64,000 nt of DNA, from NCBI GenBank assembly GCA_043744235.1, contig JAYTVB010000046.1, positions 41,026 to 105,025 of the forward strand, read 5' to 3'. Origin of the DNA: Cyclobacteriaceae bacterium (GTDB taxonomy: Bacteria > Bacteroidota > Bacteroidia > Cytophagales > Cyclobacteriaceae). Positions 26,034 to 34,341 of the stretch are shown piece after piece. The position numbers and the translations under genes were made by a program. Under the pieces are notes generated by a model. The model was given only the letters and a program-made list of their open reading frames with translations. It made no database searches and had not been told where the DNA came from. Positions within the stretch are counted from its first letter, which is position 1; each line of letters opens with the position of its first letter.

Positions 26034-26621
26034 ATGAGCAAAGAGAAATTCATAAAACTGGTCAGCACGGCGATTCCCCTGCCACAGGAAAACATTGACA
26101 CGGATCAGATCATTCCCGCACGTTTTCTGAAAGCAACCACCCGCGAAGGCTTCGGAGATAATTTGTTCCGCGACTGGCGTTATGATGCCGAAGGCAAGCC
26201 GGTTGAGGGATTTGCGTTGAACAACCCGAAGTACTCCGGAAAGATTCTCGTCACTGGGAAAAACTTCGGATGCGGCAGCAGCCGCGAGCACGCTGCCTGG
26301 TCGCTGTTTGATTACGGCTTCCGTGTCGTAATCTCCAGCTTCTTTGCCGACATCTTTAAAAACAACGCACTGAACAACGGCCTGCTGCCCGTGGTATTGA
26401 CGGACGGCTATGTAAAAAAGTTGCTGGAAACCATCGGGCAAAATCCTTCCACTGTTGTGACAATCGACCTTGAAGAACAGTCCTGCACGGTTAACGGGTT
26501 GACCGAGAAATTTGAGATCAACCTGTACAAGAAGACCTGCATGATCAACGGGTACGACGACATTGATTACCTGCTGAGCCTGGACAAGGAAATCAGGGCA
26601 TTTGACCTCGCGCACGCATGA
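26034..26621 (+). CDS. leuD: 3-isopropylmalate dehydratase small subunit
   Basis: 195 aa from ATG 26034. DTDQIIPARFLK and GKNFGCGSSREHA. Confidence 0.9.
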   Translation: MSKEKFIKLVSTAIPLPQENIDTDQIIPARFLKATTREGFGDNLFRDWRYDAEGKPVEGFALNNPKYSGKILVTGKNFGCGSSREHAAWSLFDYGFRVVISSFFADIFKNNALNNGLLPVVLTDGYVKKLLETIGQNPSTVVTIDLEEQSCTVNGLTEKFEINLYKKTCMINGYDDIDYLLSLDKEIRAFDLAHA

Positions 26622-27715
26622 AGAAGAAGATAGTCATACTGCCCGGTGACGGTATCGGCAAGGAGGTCACTGCCGAAGGAAAGGCTGTGCTGGAAACGAT
26701 TGCCGAAATCTTCGGACATGAATTCACTTTTGAAGAGGCCCTCATCGGCCATGATGCCATTGAGAAGACCGGCAACCCGCTGCCGGACGAAACACTGACC
26801 ATACTGAAAAACTGCGACGCCATCCTTTTCGGCGCTGTGGGCCATCCAAAATATGATAACGACCCGACCCTGAAAGTCAGGCCGGAGCAGGGACTTCTGA
26901 AGATGCGCAAGGAACTTGGGCTGTTTGCCAACCTTCGCCCGATTCGGTTGTTCGATGAGCTGCTGGACGCTTCCAGCATCAAGCCTGAAATCCTGAAAGG
27001 CTCAGACATTCTGTTCTTCCGCGAATTAACAGGCGATGTGTACTTCGGGGAGAAGGGCCGGAAGGACAACGGCAATACGGCGTTTGACCTGATGATTTAT
27101 CAGCGCTACGAAGTAGAGCGCATTGCACACAAGGCATTCAAGGCGGCCCGCACACGCAGAAAGAAAGTGACCAGTGTGGACAAGGCCAACGTACTGGAAA
27201 GTTCACGCCTTTGGAGAGAGGTGGTACAGGAGGTTGGAAAGCAATATCCCGACGTGCAGCTGGAGCACCAGTTTGTGGACGCCGCCGCCATGAAGCTCAT
27301 CCAGAATCCACGGAGCTATGATGTGGTGGTGACCGGAAACCTGTTTGGCGACATCCTCACGGACGAGGCTTCCCAGATCGCTGGATCGATGGGCATGCTT
27401 GCCTCTGCTTCAGTCGGGGACACAGTGGGATTATACGAACCCATTCACGGAAGTGCCCACGACATCACAGGCAAAGGCATTGCCAATCCGCTTGCGTCAA
27501 TTTTGTCGGCGGCACTGCTGCTGGACATTTCGTTCGGTCTGAAAGAGGAATCCGAAGCTATCATCAAAGCTGTGGAAGAAACCCTCCACGAAGGCTTCCG
27601 CACCGCCGACATCGCTGTCAGTGCAACACCAATAGAAAAAGTACTGAATACCCACGCTATGGGAGCCCGGATAATTAAAAAACTGGCATCCGTATCTATA
27701 GCATTACCGAATTAG
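26618..27715 (+). CDS. leuB: 3-isopropylmalate dehydrogenase
   Basis: 365 aa. NLFGDILTDEASQIAGSMGMLASAS signature. It overlaps the leuD stop. Confidence 0.95.
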   Translation: MKKKIVILPGDGIGKEVTAEGKAVLETIAEIFGHEFTFEEALIGHDAIEKTGNPLPDETLTILKNCDAILFGAVGHPKYDNDPTLKVRPEQGLLKMRKELGLFANLRPIRLFDELLDASSIKPEILKGSDILFFRELTGDVYFGEKGRKDNGNTAFDLMIYQRYEVERIAHKAFKAARTRRKKVTSVDKANVLESSRLWREVVQEVGKQYPDVQLEHQFVDAAAMKLIQNPRSYDVVVTGNLFGDILTDEASQIAGSMGMLASASVGDTVGLYEPIHGSAHDITGKGIANPLASILSAALLLDISFGLKEESEAIIKAVEETLHEGFRTADIAVSATPIEKVLNTHAMGARIIKKLASVSIALPN

Positions 27716-27734
27716 CGCATTACCGAATTAACCC

Positions 27735-28895
27735 ATGAGCCACAAGATTGAAATTTTCGACACCACCCTCCGCGACGGAGAACAGGTGCCCGGTTGTCAG
27801 CTTTCTACTGAGGAGAAGGTCGTCATCGCCCGTGAACTTGAGGCGCTCGGGGTCGATGTAATCGAAGCGGGATTTCCCATTTCAAGTCCGGGTGATTTCC
27901 TTTCTGTGGTGGAAATTTCCAAAGCGGTGAGCAACGTGACGGTGTGCGGACTGACCCGCGCCCGGAAAGAAGACATCGATGTGGCGGCGGAAGCCCTGCA
28001 TCACGCAAAGAAGGGACGAATCCATACCGGCATCGGTTCTTCGGACGTGCATATCAAACATAAATTCAGAAGCACCCGCGAGCAGGTAATGGAGCAGGGC
28101 GTGTGGGCGGTGGAGTATGCCAAGGCCAAAGGCTATGAAGTGGAGTTCTATGCCGAGGATGCGGGCCGTGCTGACCTGGTTTTCCTGGCGCAAATGATCG
28201 AAGCGGTGATTGCCGCCGGAGCCGATGTGGTCAATATTCCTGACACCACCGGTTATTGCCTCCCTCACCTGTATGGGAAACGAATTCAGTACCTGGTGGA
28301 GAACGTCAAGAATATCGACAAGGCCATCATTTCGGTGCACTGCCACAACGATCTTGGCCTGGCTACAGCAAATACGCTTTCAGGACTAATTCATGGCGCA
28401 CGGCAGGCTGAGGTGACCATTAATGGAATCGGCGAGCGCGCCGGTAATACATCCCTGGAGGAAGTGGCCATGGCGATCCAGGTCCACAAAGACCTTGAAT
28501 TGTATACCAACATCAAGTCGGATAGAATCTATGAGATCTCCCACATGGTCTCGCAAATGATGCGGATGCCGGTCCAGCCGAACAAGGCCATTGTCGGAAA
28601 AAATGCTTTCGCCCATTCATCCGGGATACATCAGGACGGGTTCCTCAAGCATGCCGAGAACTATGAGATCATCAACCCAGCCGATGTGGGGGTACCCTCA
28701 TCGTCAATTGTGCTTACGGCCCGCAGCGGCAGGGCAGCCTTGAAGCACCGCCTTGAACTGCTGGGTTATTCTGTTGCCGGCGATGAACTGAACACCGTGT
28801 ATGAGAATTTCCTGGTGGTGGCCGACGAGAAGAAGATGGTGCATGACAATGACCTGATCACGCTCGTGTCCAGCCTGGAGATATTGCAGAAATAG
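27735..28895 (+). CDS. leuA: 2-isopropylmalate synthase-family enzyme, short form without the C-terminal regulatory domain
   Basis: 386 aa. [10 protein letters not shown] and [14 protein letters not shown] (HMGL-like barrel). The ORF ends soon after the catalytic and subdomain region. Confidence 0.8.
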   Translation: MSHKIEIFDTTLRDGEQVPGCQLSTEEKVVIARELEALGVDVIEAGFPISSPGDFLSVVEISKAVSNVTVCGLTRARKEDIDVAAEALHHAKKGRIHTGIGSSDVHIKHKFRSTREQVMEQGVWAVEYAKAKGYEVEFYAEDAGRADLVFLAQMIEAVIAAGADVVNIPDTTGYCLPHLYGKRIQYLVENVKNIDKAIISVHCHNDLGLATANTLSGLIHGARQAEVTINGIGERAGNTSLEEVAMAIQVHKDLELYTNIKSDRIYEISHMVSQMMRMPVQPNKAIVGKNAFAHSSGIHQDGFLKHAENYEIINPADVGVPSSSIVLTARSGRAALKHRLELLGYSVAGDELNTVYENFLVVADEKKMVHDNDLITLVSSLEILQK

Positions 28896-28964
28896 CTAGT
28901 TCATTCAGGAATAATTTTGAGTGCCAGTGATGTTGGGCTACCTTGCGCCCCGATTTAAGAACGC

Positions 28965-29462
28965 ATGGCACTACTCGAAAAGCAACTCTATAAGAAACGC
29001 TCCACCATCCCCGGGGCAGGCAAGGGACTGTTTACCAAAAAACCGATCAGGAAAGGTGCCCGCATCGTGGAGTACCTGGGGGAGATCCTCACCTGGAAGG
29101 AAGTGGAGAAGATGGCCGACGAGCGCAACGGCTACGTTTTCTACTTCACGCAGAAATACGTCATTGATGCCTGGAAGCACAAGGGCTTTGCACACTTTGC
29201 CAACGACGCCAAAGGGATTGGGAGGATAAAGGGCATTCACAATAATTCCGAATACGCTACTGAAGGCAAGCGCTGCTACATCGAGGCGACCGAGGACATC
29301 CCGGCCCGGTCGGAGATCTTTGTAGGCTACGGAGTCGAGTACTGGCAGGTGATCCGGTACAACATCAGGCTGGAGGAGGCCAAAAAGAAACGGGCTTCAA
29401 AGGCAAGGCTTCCCCATCATCATGCCGCCAAACGGCAGGGAAAGAAGAAACCCGCCCGGTAG
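28965..29462 (+). CDS. SET domain-containing protein (putative protein-lysine methyltransferase)
   Basis: 165 aa. IPGAGKGLFT (GxG AdoMet loop), HFANDA in place of the NHSC motif, SEIFVGYG (ELxxxY-like), and a Lys/Arg-rich C-terminal tail. Confidence 0.75.
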   Translation: MALLEKQLYKKRSTIPGAGKGLFTKKPIRKGARIVEYLGEILTWKEVEKMADERNGYVFYFTQKYVIDAWKHKGFAHFANDAKGIGRIKGIHNNSEYATEGKRCYIEATEDIPARSEIFVGYGVEYWQVIRYNIRLEEAKKKRASKARLPHHHAAKRQGKKKPAR

Positions 29463-29468
29463 CCGCTT

Positions 29469-29915
29469 TTACTTCTTCTCTATTATAGACTTAGCTTTTT
29501 CCAGGGTCTCGTTGGTCTGATCCCTGACTTTCTTGATGCGCTCCATCTCATTCTCCAGGTATTCACGTGCAGCTTCCTGGTCGGTAGAATCTGGCAGGGG
29601 ATTGAATTCGTGCATCCAGCCCATCATGGCATTGCTGGCTGAATCCAGGTTGCTGATCATGCTTTCCAGTTCCTTTTTCTGTTCAACCACCATATCCGGC
29701 GTGCTGGCGATCTTGTCCTGCAGGTCTTTCTTCATTTTGTACAGGTCTTCCATTTTCGGCATCACCTCATCGTGGATGTCCATGACCTGGTCATACAGGG
29801 CCTGGTTTGGATTGTCGCCATTATCTGAATTTCCCTCGTTGTGACCACTGTGGTCGCTGGTCTTGCCGCAGGACAACAAGATCAGGAATGAGCAGGCAAT
29901 GATTAGCTTTTTCAT
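29469..29915 (-). CDS. hypothetical lipoprotein
   Basis: About 148 aa from ATG 29915. Lipobox MKKLIIACSFLILLSCGK. The body is helical and rich in charged residues. Confidence 0.6.
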   Translation of the reverse strand: MKKLIIACSFLILLSCGKTSDHSGHNEGNSDNGDNPNQALYDQVMDIHDEVMPKMEDLYKMKKDLQDKIASTPDMVVEQKKELESMISNLDSASNAMMGWMHEFNPLPDSTDQEAAREYLENEMERIKKVRDQTNETLEKAKSIIEKK

Positions 29916-30091
29916 TGAGCATGGTGTTTTGGCAAAGTTACGCCTTTCCCCCAACCTGCCTGAATTTGTGCTGTTCTTTCTCCGTTCAGCCGACTAACAG
30001 TAGTTAGTCATTGTTCTTTTTTTGCAATTCTTTGATGCCCCAGTTGTTCAAATAGGAATTTTCCTCGTTATTCGTTCCTATAAACAGGACA

Positions 30092-30163
30092 ATGAAGAAC
30101 GGGCGCTTTTATTTTAGTTTTTATTTTTATCAATCCCACGGGACTGACAGAGCGCTTTGTTGA
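30092..30163 (+). CDS. phe/tyr operon leader peptide (23 codons, Phe/Tyr-rich)
   Basis: ATG...TGA encodes MKNGRFYFSFYFYQSHGTDRALC. Residues 6-13 (FYFSFYFY) contain 4 Phe and 3 Tyr. Confidence 0.65.
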   Translation: MKNGRFYFSFYFYQSHGTDRALC

Positions 30164-30190
30164 TACACAGATAAACAACAGAAACTCCAA

Positions 30191-30218
30191 AGTCCCGGTA
30201 AAGCCGGGATTTTTTTTT
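30191..30218 (+). terminator. attenuator terminator upstream of pheA
   Basis: Stem TCCCGG (30193-30198) / CCGGGA (30204-30209), then T9 (30210-30218). CGGGACT (30139-30145) inside the leader can pair with AGTCCCG (30191-30197). Confidence 0.7.
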
Positions 30219-30226
30219 GGTCTGAT

Positions 30227-31063
30227 ATGAAGAAGAAGAAATTAAAAATTGCCATCCAGGGTATCGCCACCAGTTTTCACGAGGTGGCGGCCATGTCCCA
30301 TTTTAATACCGCCATCGACACGGTGGAGTGCCTGTCCTTTCACGCGCTGTGCGAAACGTTGAAACACGACCGCGCCGACTACGCGGTGATGGCCATTGAG
30401 AACTCGATCGCGGGGAGCATCCTCCCCAACTATTTCCTGCTGCAGGAATATCACTTTTCCATTGTGGGTGAACTTTACCTGCCCATTCACCTGCACCTGC
30501 TGGCGCTGCCGGGTGTGAAAATGAAAGACATCCGCAGCATTGAGTCGCATCCCATGGCCATCCGCCAGTGTTCGGAATTCCTCCATAAACTGGCAGGCGT
30601 TGAAATCAGGGAGAGCGATGATACCGCACTTTCTGCCAGGAATATCAGAACAAAGTCATTGAAGGACACTGCGGCGATCGCCAACGAACAGGCCGCCAAA
30701 AAATATGGCCTTCAGATTGTTGAAAAGAGAATCGAGACGCATAAGAAGAACTTCACGCGGTTTCTGGTGCTCACCAAGCAGAACGGGTCAATCACAGAAA
30801 GCAATAAGGCCTCGCTTGCTTTTGAAGTAGCCAACGAAGCGGGAAGCCTGGCGGATGTGCTGGTCACGTTTAAGGAAAACAGCATTAACCTGACCAAGAT
30901 TCAATCCATTCCGATTATCGGAAAGCCCAAAGAATACACGATTCACGTGGACGTGGAGTGGAAAAGGAGAAAGGGCTATGACCTTGCCATGAAGCAAGTG
31001 CTTCGCCAAACACGCAACCTCAATGTGCTGGGCGAATACAGGAAGTCTGAAATGAAATTCTAG
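30227..31063 (+). CDS. pheA: prephenate dehydratase
   Basis: 278 aa. PDT domain plus a C-terminal ACT-like segment (SLAFEVANEAGSLADVLVTF). Confidence 0.9.
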   Translation: MKKKKLKIAIQGIATSFHEVAAMSHFNTAIDTVECLSFHALCETLKHDRADYAVMAIENSIAGSILPNYFLLQEYHFSIVGELYLPIHLHLLALPGVKMKDIRSIESHPMAIRQCSEFLHKLAGVEIRESDDTALSARNIRTKSLKDTAAIANEQAAKKYGLQIVEKRIETHKKNFTRFLVLTKQNGSITESNKASLAFEVANEAGSLADVLVTFKENSINLTKIQSIPIIGKPKEYTIHVDVEWKRRKGYDLAMKQVLRQTRNLNVLGEYRKSEMKF

Positions 31064-31075
31064 AAGGGACAGATT

Positions 31076-32275
31076 ATGATCAAGACCGCCAACCGGATTG
31101 CCAACGTGCAGGAATACTACTTCAGCAGGAAGCTGGCCGAAGTACGCTCGCTGGACAGTCGTGATTTTCCTGTCATCAACCTTGGCATCGGCAGCCCGGA
31201 CCTTATGCCGTCGCAGGCAACCGTGGATGCCCTGATTGATTCGGCTCAAAATCCGCTGCACCACGGCTACCAGAACTACAAAGGGATTCCTGCGCTTCGT
31301 TCGGCCATCGCCGGATTCTATCAGAATATCTACCATGTTTCATTGGATCCTGAATCCATGATTCTGCCCCTGATGGGTTCGAAGGAAGGCATCATGCACA
31401 TTGCCATGGCTTTTGTCAACGAAGGCGATGAAGTATTGATACCCGATCCGGGCTACCCGACGTATGCATCGGTTGCTACGCTGGTCGGCGCAAAGATCAG
31501 GACGTATGAACTGAAAGAATCCCTAGACTGGGGTGTAGATATCGCGGCCCTCCGCACGCAGGATCTTTCCCGAGTGAAGATTATGTGGGTGAACTTTCCG
31601 CACATGCCCACCGGCCGCGTTGCTTCCAGGGAGGAGATGAAAGAACTGGTTGACCTCGCAAGGGAGCACCAGTTCCTGATCGTAAACGATAATCCTTACA
31701 GCCTGATATTAAACGAGGCACCACTCAGCATCCTGAGCATTGAAGGAGCGGAGGGTGTGGCCCTCGAACTGAACTCCCTGAGCAAGTCGCACAACATGGC
31801 CGGTTGGAGAATCGGCTGGGTCGCCGGCAACAAAGAATACGTCGACGCGGTACTTCGCGTCAAGAGCAACATGGATTCCGGGATGTTCCTGGGCTTGCAG
31901 CACGCGGCCGTGGAGGCATTGAAAAGCGATCAACAGTGGGTGGAGGAACTAAACAATGTCTACCGGGGCCGTCGTGTGGTGGCGCGGCAGCTGCTCGATG
32001 AGCTCGGCTGCAGCTACTCTGAAAAGCAGTCGGGCCTGTTTGTTTGGGCAAAAGCCCCACACCAGGTGGAGGATGTTGAAAAGTGGATTGATGAGATCCT
32101 CTACGGCACACATGTGTTCATTACGCCTGGATTTATTTTTGGTGAAGCGGGCAGGAGGCACATCCGCATCTCGCTGTGTGCTTCGATTGAAAAAATGGGG
32201 GAGGCCCTCAGCCGCATTCAGCAGTTTGGAAAGAAATCGCAGGAGCAACCCGGTAAATTAAAGGAGGCAGTATGA
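31076..32275 (+). CDS. class I/II PLP aminotransferase (likely aromatic/prephenate aminotransferase)
   Basis: 399 aa. PLP-lysine motif NSLSKSHNMAGWRIG. It sits between pheA and tyrA. Confidence 0.8.
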   Translation: MIKTANRIANVQEYYFSRKLAEVRSLDSRDFPVINLGIGSPDLMPSQATVDALIDSAQNPLHHGYQNYKGIPALRSAIAGFYQNIYHVSLDPESMILPLMGSKEGIMHIAMAFVNEGDEVLIPDPGYPTYASVATLVGAKIRTYELKESLDWGVDIAALRTQDLSRVKIMWVNFPHMPTGRVASREEMKELVDLAREHQFLIVNDNPYSLILNEAPLSILSIEGAEGVALELNSLSKSHNMAGWRIGWVAGNKEYVDAVLRVKSNMDSGMFLGLQHAAVEALKSDQQWVEELNNVYRGRRVVARQLLDELGCSYSEKQSGLFVWAKAPHQVEDVEKWIDEILYGTHVFITPGFIFGEAGRRHIRISLCASIEKMGEALSRIQQFGKKSQEQPGKLKEAV

Positions 32276-33168
32276 AAGTCACAATCGTTGGACTGGGATT
32301 GATTGGAGGCAGCATCGGCCTCGACTTGCGCAAAGCAGGTGTGGCGGAGTTGCTGATGGGTGTTGACCTGAATGCAGAACATGGCAGCAAAGCACTGGCC
32401 CTTGGACTGGTTGATAAGATTGTGCCGGAAGACAAAGCTTTGTCAGAGGCCGACGTCGTCATCCTGGCGATCCCGGTGAATACTATGAGCGCGCTGTTAC
32501 CCCAGGTGCTGGATGTGGTGAAGAAAGGTGCCGTCGTCATCGATACCGGATCAACGAAGTCAATGATTTGTCGTGCGGTGAGCAGTCATCCCAACCGGAG
32601 TCAGTTTGTCGCTTCACACCCTATTGCAGGCACAGAAAACTCCGGACCGGAAGCTGCTTTCAACGGCCTCTTCCTGGACAAGACCAATATCATCTGCGAG
32701 CAGGAGAAATCTTCGAAAGAATCCCTGGACACTGCACAAAGGATCTTTGATGCCCTTGGGATGCGCACCATATTTATGGACCCCGAAGAGCACGACAAAC
32801 ACGTGGCTTATGTATCCCACCTGTCGCATGTAAGTTCATTCCTGCTGGGGCAGACCGTACTGGATATTGAAAAAGACGAAAAGAATATTTTCAACCTTGC
32901 GGGCAGCGGACTTGCCTCCACGGTGCGCCTTGCCAAAAGCTCACCCGACATGTGGGCGCCAATCTTTGAACAGAATGCGGAATACCTCGGCCAGGCCCTG
33001 GCGGAATACATCATGCACCTGCAGCGCTTTCATTACCAGCTGATGAAGCGGAACACAAAGGAGCTTTACAATGTTATGAAGGAGGCCAATAAAATCCGCA
33101 GGGTACTTGACGGCCTTAACCCAGCAACCAGGACTGAAACAGAACAAAAGGAAAAAACCATCATATAA
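32272..33168 (+). CDS. tyrA: prephenate dehydrogenase
   Basis: 298 aa. Rossmann VTIVGLGLIGGSIG and SHPIAGTENSG. Confidence 0.9.
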   Translation: MKVTIVGLGLIGGSIGLDLRKAGVAELLMGVDLNAEHGSKALALGLVDKIVPEDKALSEADVVILAIPVNTMSALLPQVLDVVKKGAVVIDTGSTKSMICRAVSSHPNRSQFVASHPIAGTENSGPEAAFNGLFLDKTNIICEQEKSSKESLDTAQRIFDALGMRTIFMDPEEHDKHVAYVSHLSHVSSFLLGQTVLDIEKDEKNIFNLAGSGLASTVRLAKSSPDMWAPIFEQNAEYLGQALAEYIMHLQRFHYQLMKRNTKELYNVMKEANKIRRVLDGLNPATRTETEQKEKTII

Positions 33169-33186
33169 CCGTATAACCATCACGAT

Positions 33187-34275
33187 ATGCAATTTGAATC
33201 AATCACCACTGCCCTTAAGATTGAAAGGCCCCTTATTATCAGCGGCCCCTGCAGCGCAGAAACCGAAAGCCAGATGATTACAACGGCCAGGCAACTTGCC
33301 GCCACCGGAAAAGTCCATATGCTGAGGGCAGGCATCTGGAAGCCCCGCACCCGTCCCGGACAATTTGAGGGTGCCGGCGCTGAAGGCCTGAAGTGGCTGG
33401 TGATGGCCAAACAGGAAACGGGTTTACCCATTACAACGGAGGTTGCTACCGCAGCCCACGTCGAAGCTTGTCTCAAGGCAGGTGTTGATGTGCTCTGGGT
33501 GGGGGCACGCACCACGGTAAACCCCTTTTCGGTGCAGGAGATTGCCGATGCCCTCCGGGGTGTGAATATCCCAGTCATGGTAAAGAACCCGGTGAACCCG
33601 GACATCGAACTTTGGATGGGTGCTTTTGAACGATTGAATCGCGCAGGCATCAAAACAATGTCAGCGATCCACAGGGGATTCTCATCATTTGAAAAAGGTC
33701 CGTTCCGCAATGCCCCGATGTGGGACCTCGCCATCGATCTGAAGACCCGCATCCCGGGCATTGAAATGATTTGCGACCCGAGCCATATTGCGGGCAACCG
33801 CGAACTCATCGCGATGGTTTCTCAAAAAGCCCTTGACCTCGACATGGCAGGCCTCATGATTGAAAGCCACCTGAATCCTGATGCTGCATGGAGCGACGCC
33901 AAACAGCAGGTGACGCCTTCTTCCCTTGCGAAAATCATTGATGGGCTGGTTGTCCGCACGGTGACATCCGACAGCAAGGCCTTTAAGGACACCCTCGGCG
34001 TGCTGCGTGACCAGATAGACCTGATCGATGACGAGATCATGCAGAAAATGGCCAACCGGATGAAGATCTCCGAAAAAATCGGTGTCTATAAAAAAGAGAA
34101 CAACGTCACCATCCTCCAGGTCGGCCGCTGGGAGGAGATCATTCAGACCCGTGTATCGCTTGGAAAAGCCATGGGCCTGGACGAAGGCTTCACCCGCGAT
34201 TTGCTCCGACTGGTTCACCATGAGTCGATCCAGGTGCAGACCAAGGTGATGAATAAAGTGGAGGAACGCGTTTAG
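33187..34275 (+). CDS. bifunctional 3-deoxy-7-phosphoheptulonate synthase (type I-beta) / chorismate mutase
   Basis: 362 aa. N-terminal DAHPS/KDO8PS-like barrel (LRAGIWKPRTRP, CDPSH). C-terminal AroQ-type CM (LRDQIDLIDDEIMQKMANRMKIS...). Confidence 0.85.
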   Translation: MQFESITTALKIERPLIISGPCSAETESQMITTARQLAATGKVHMLRAGIWKPRTRPGQFEGAGAEGLKWLVMAKQETGLPITTEVATAAHVEACLKAGVDVLWVGARTTVNPFSVQEIADALRGVNIPVMVKNPVNPDIELWMGAFERLNRAGIKTMSAIHRGFSSFEKGPFRNAPMWDLAIDLKTRIPGIEMICDPSHIAGNRELIAMVSQKALDLDMAGLMIESHLNPDAAWSDAKQQVTPSSLAKIIDGLVVRTVTSDSKAFKDTLGVLRDQIDLIDDEIMQKMANRMKISEKIGVYKKENNVTILQVGRWEEIIQTRVSLGKAMGLDEGFTRDLLRLVHHESIQVQTKVMNKVEERV

Positions 34276-34341
34276 CCAGGAAATTGCATTTGTTCCTCTT
34301 GTAATTCTCCCCGAACTTCCGGGTCATTTCAAACTTTACTT

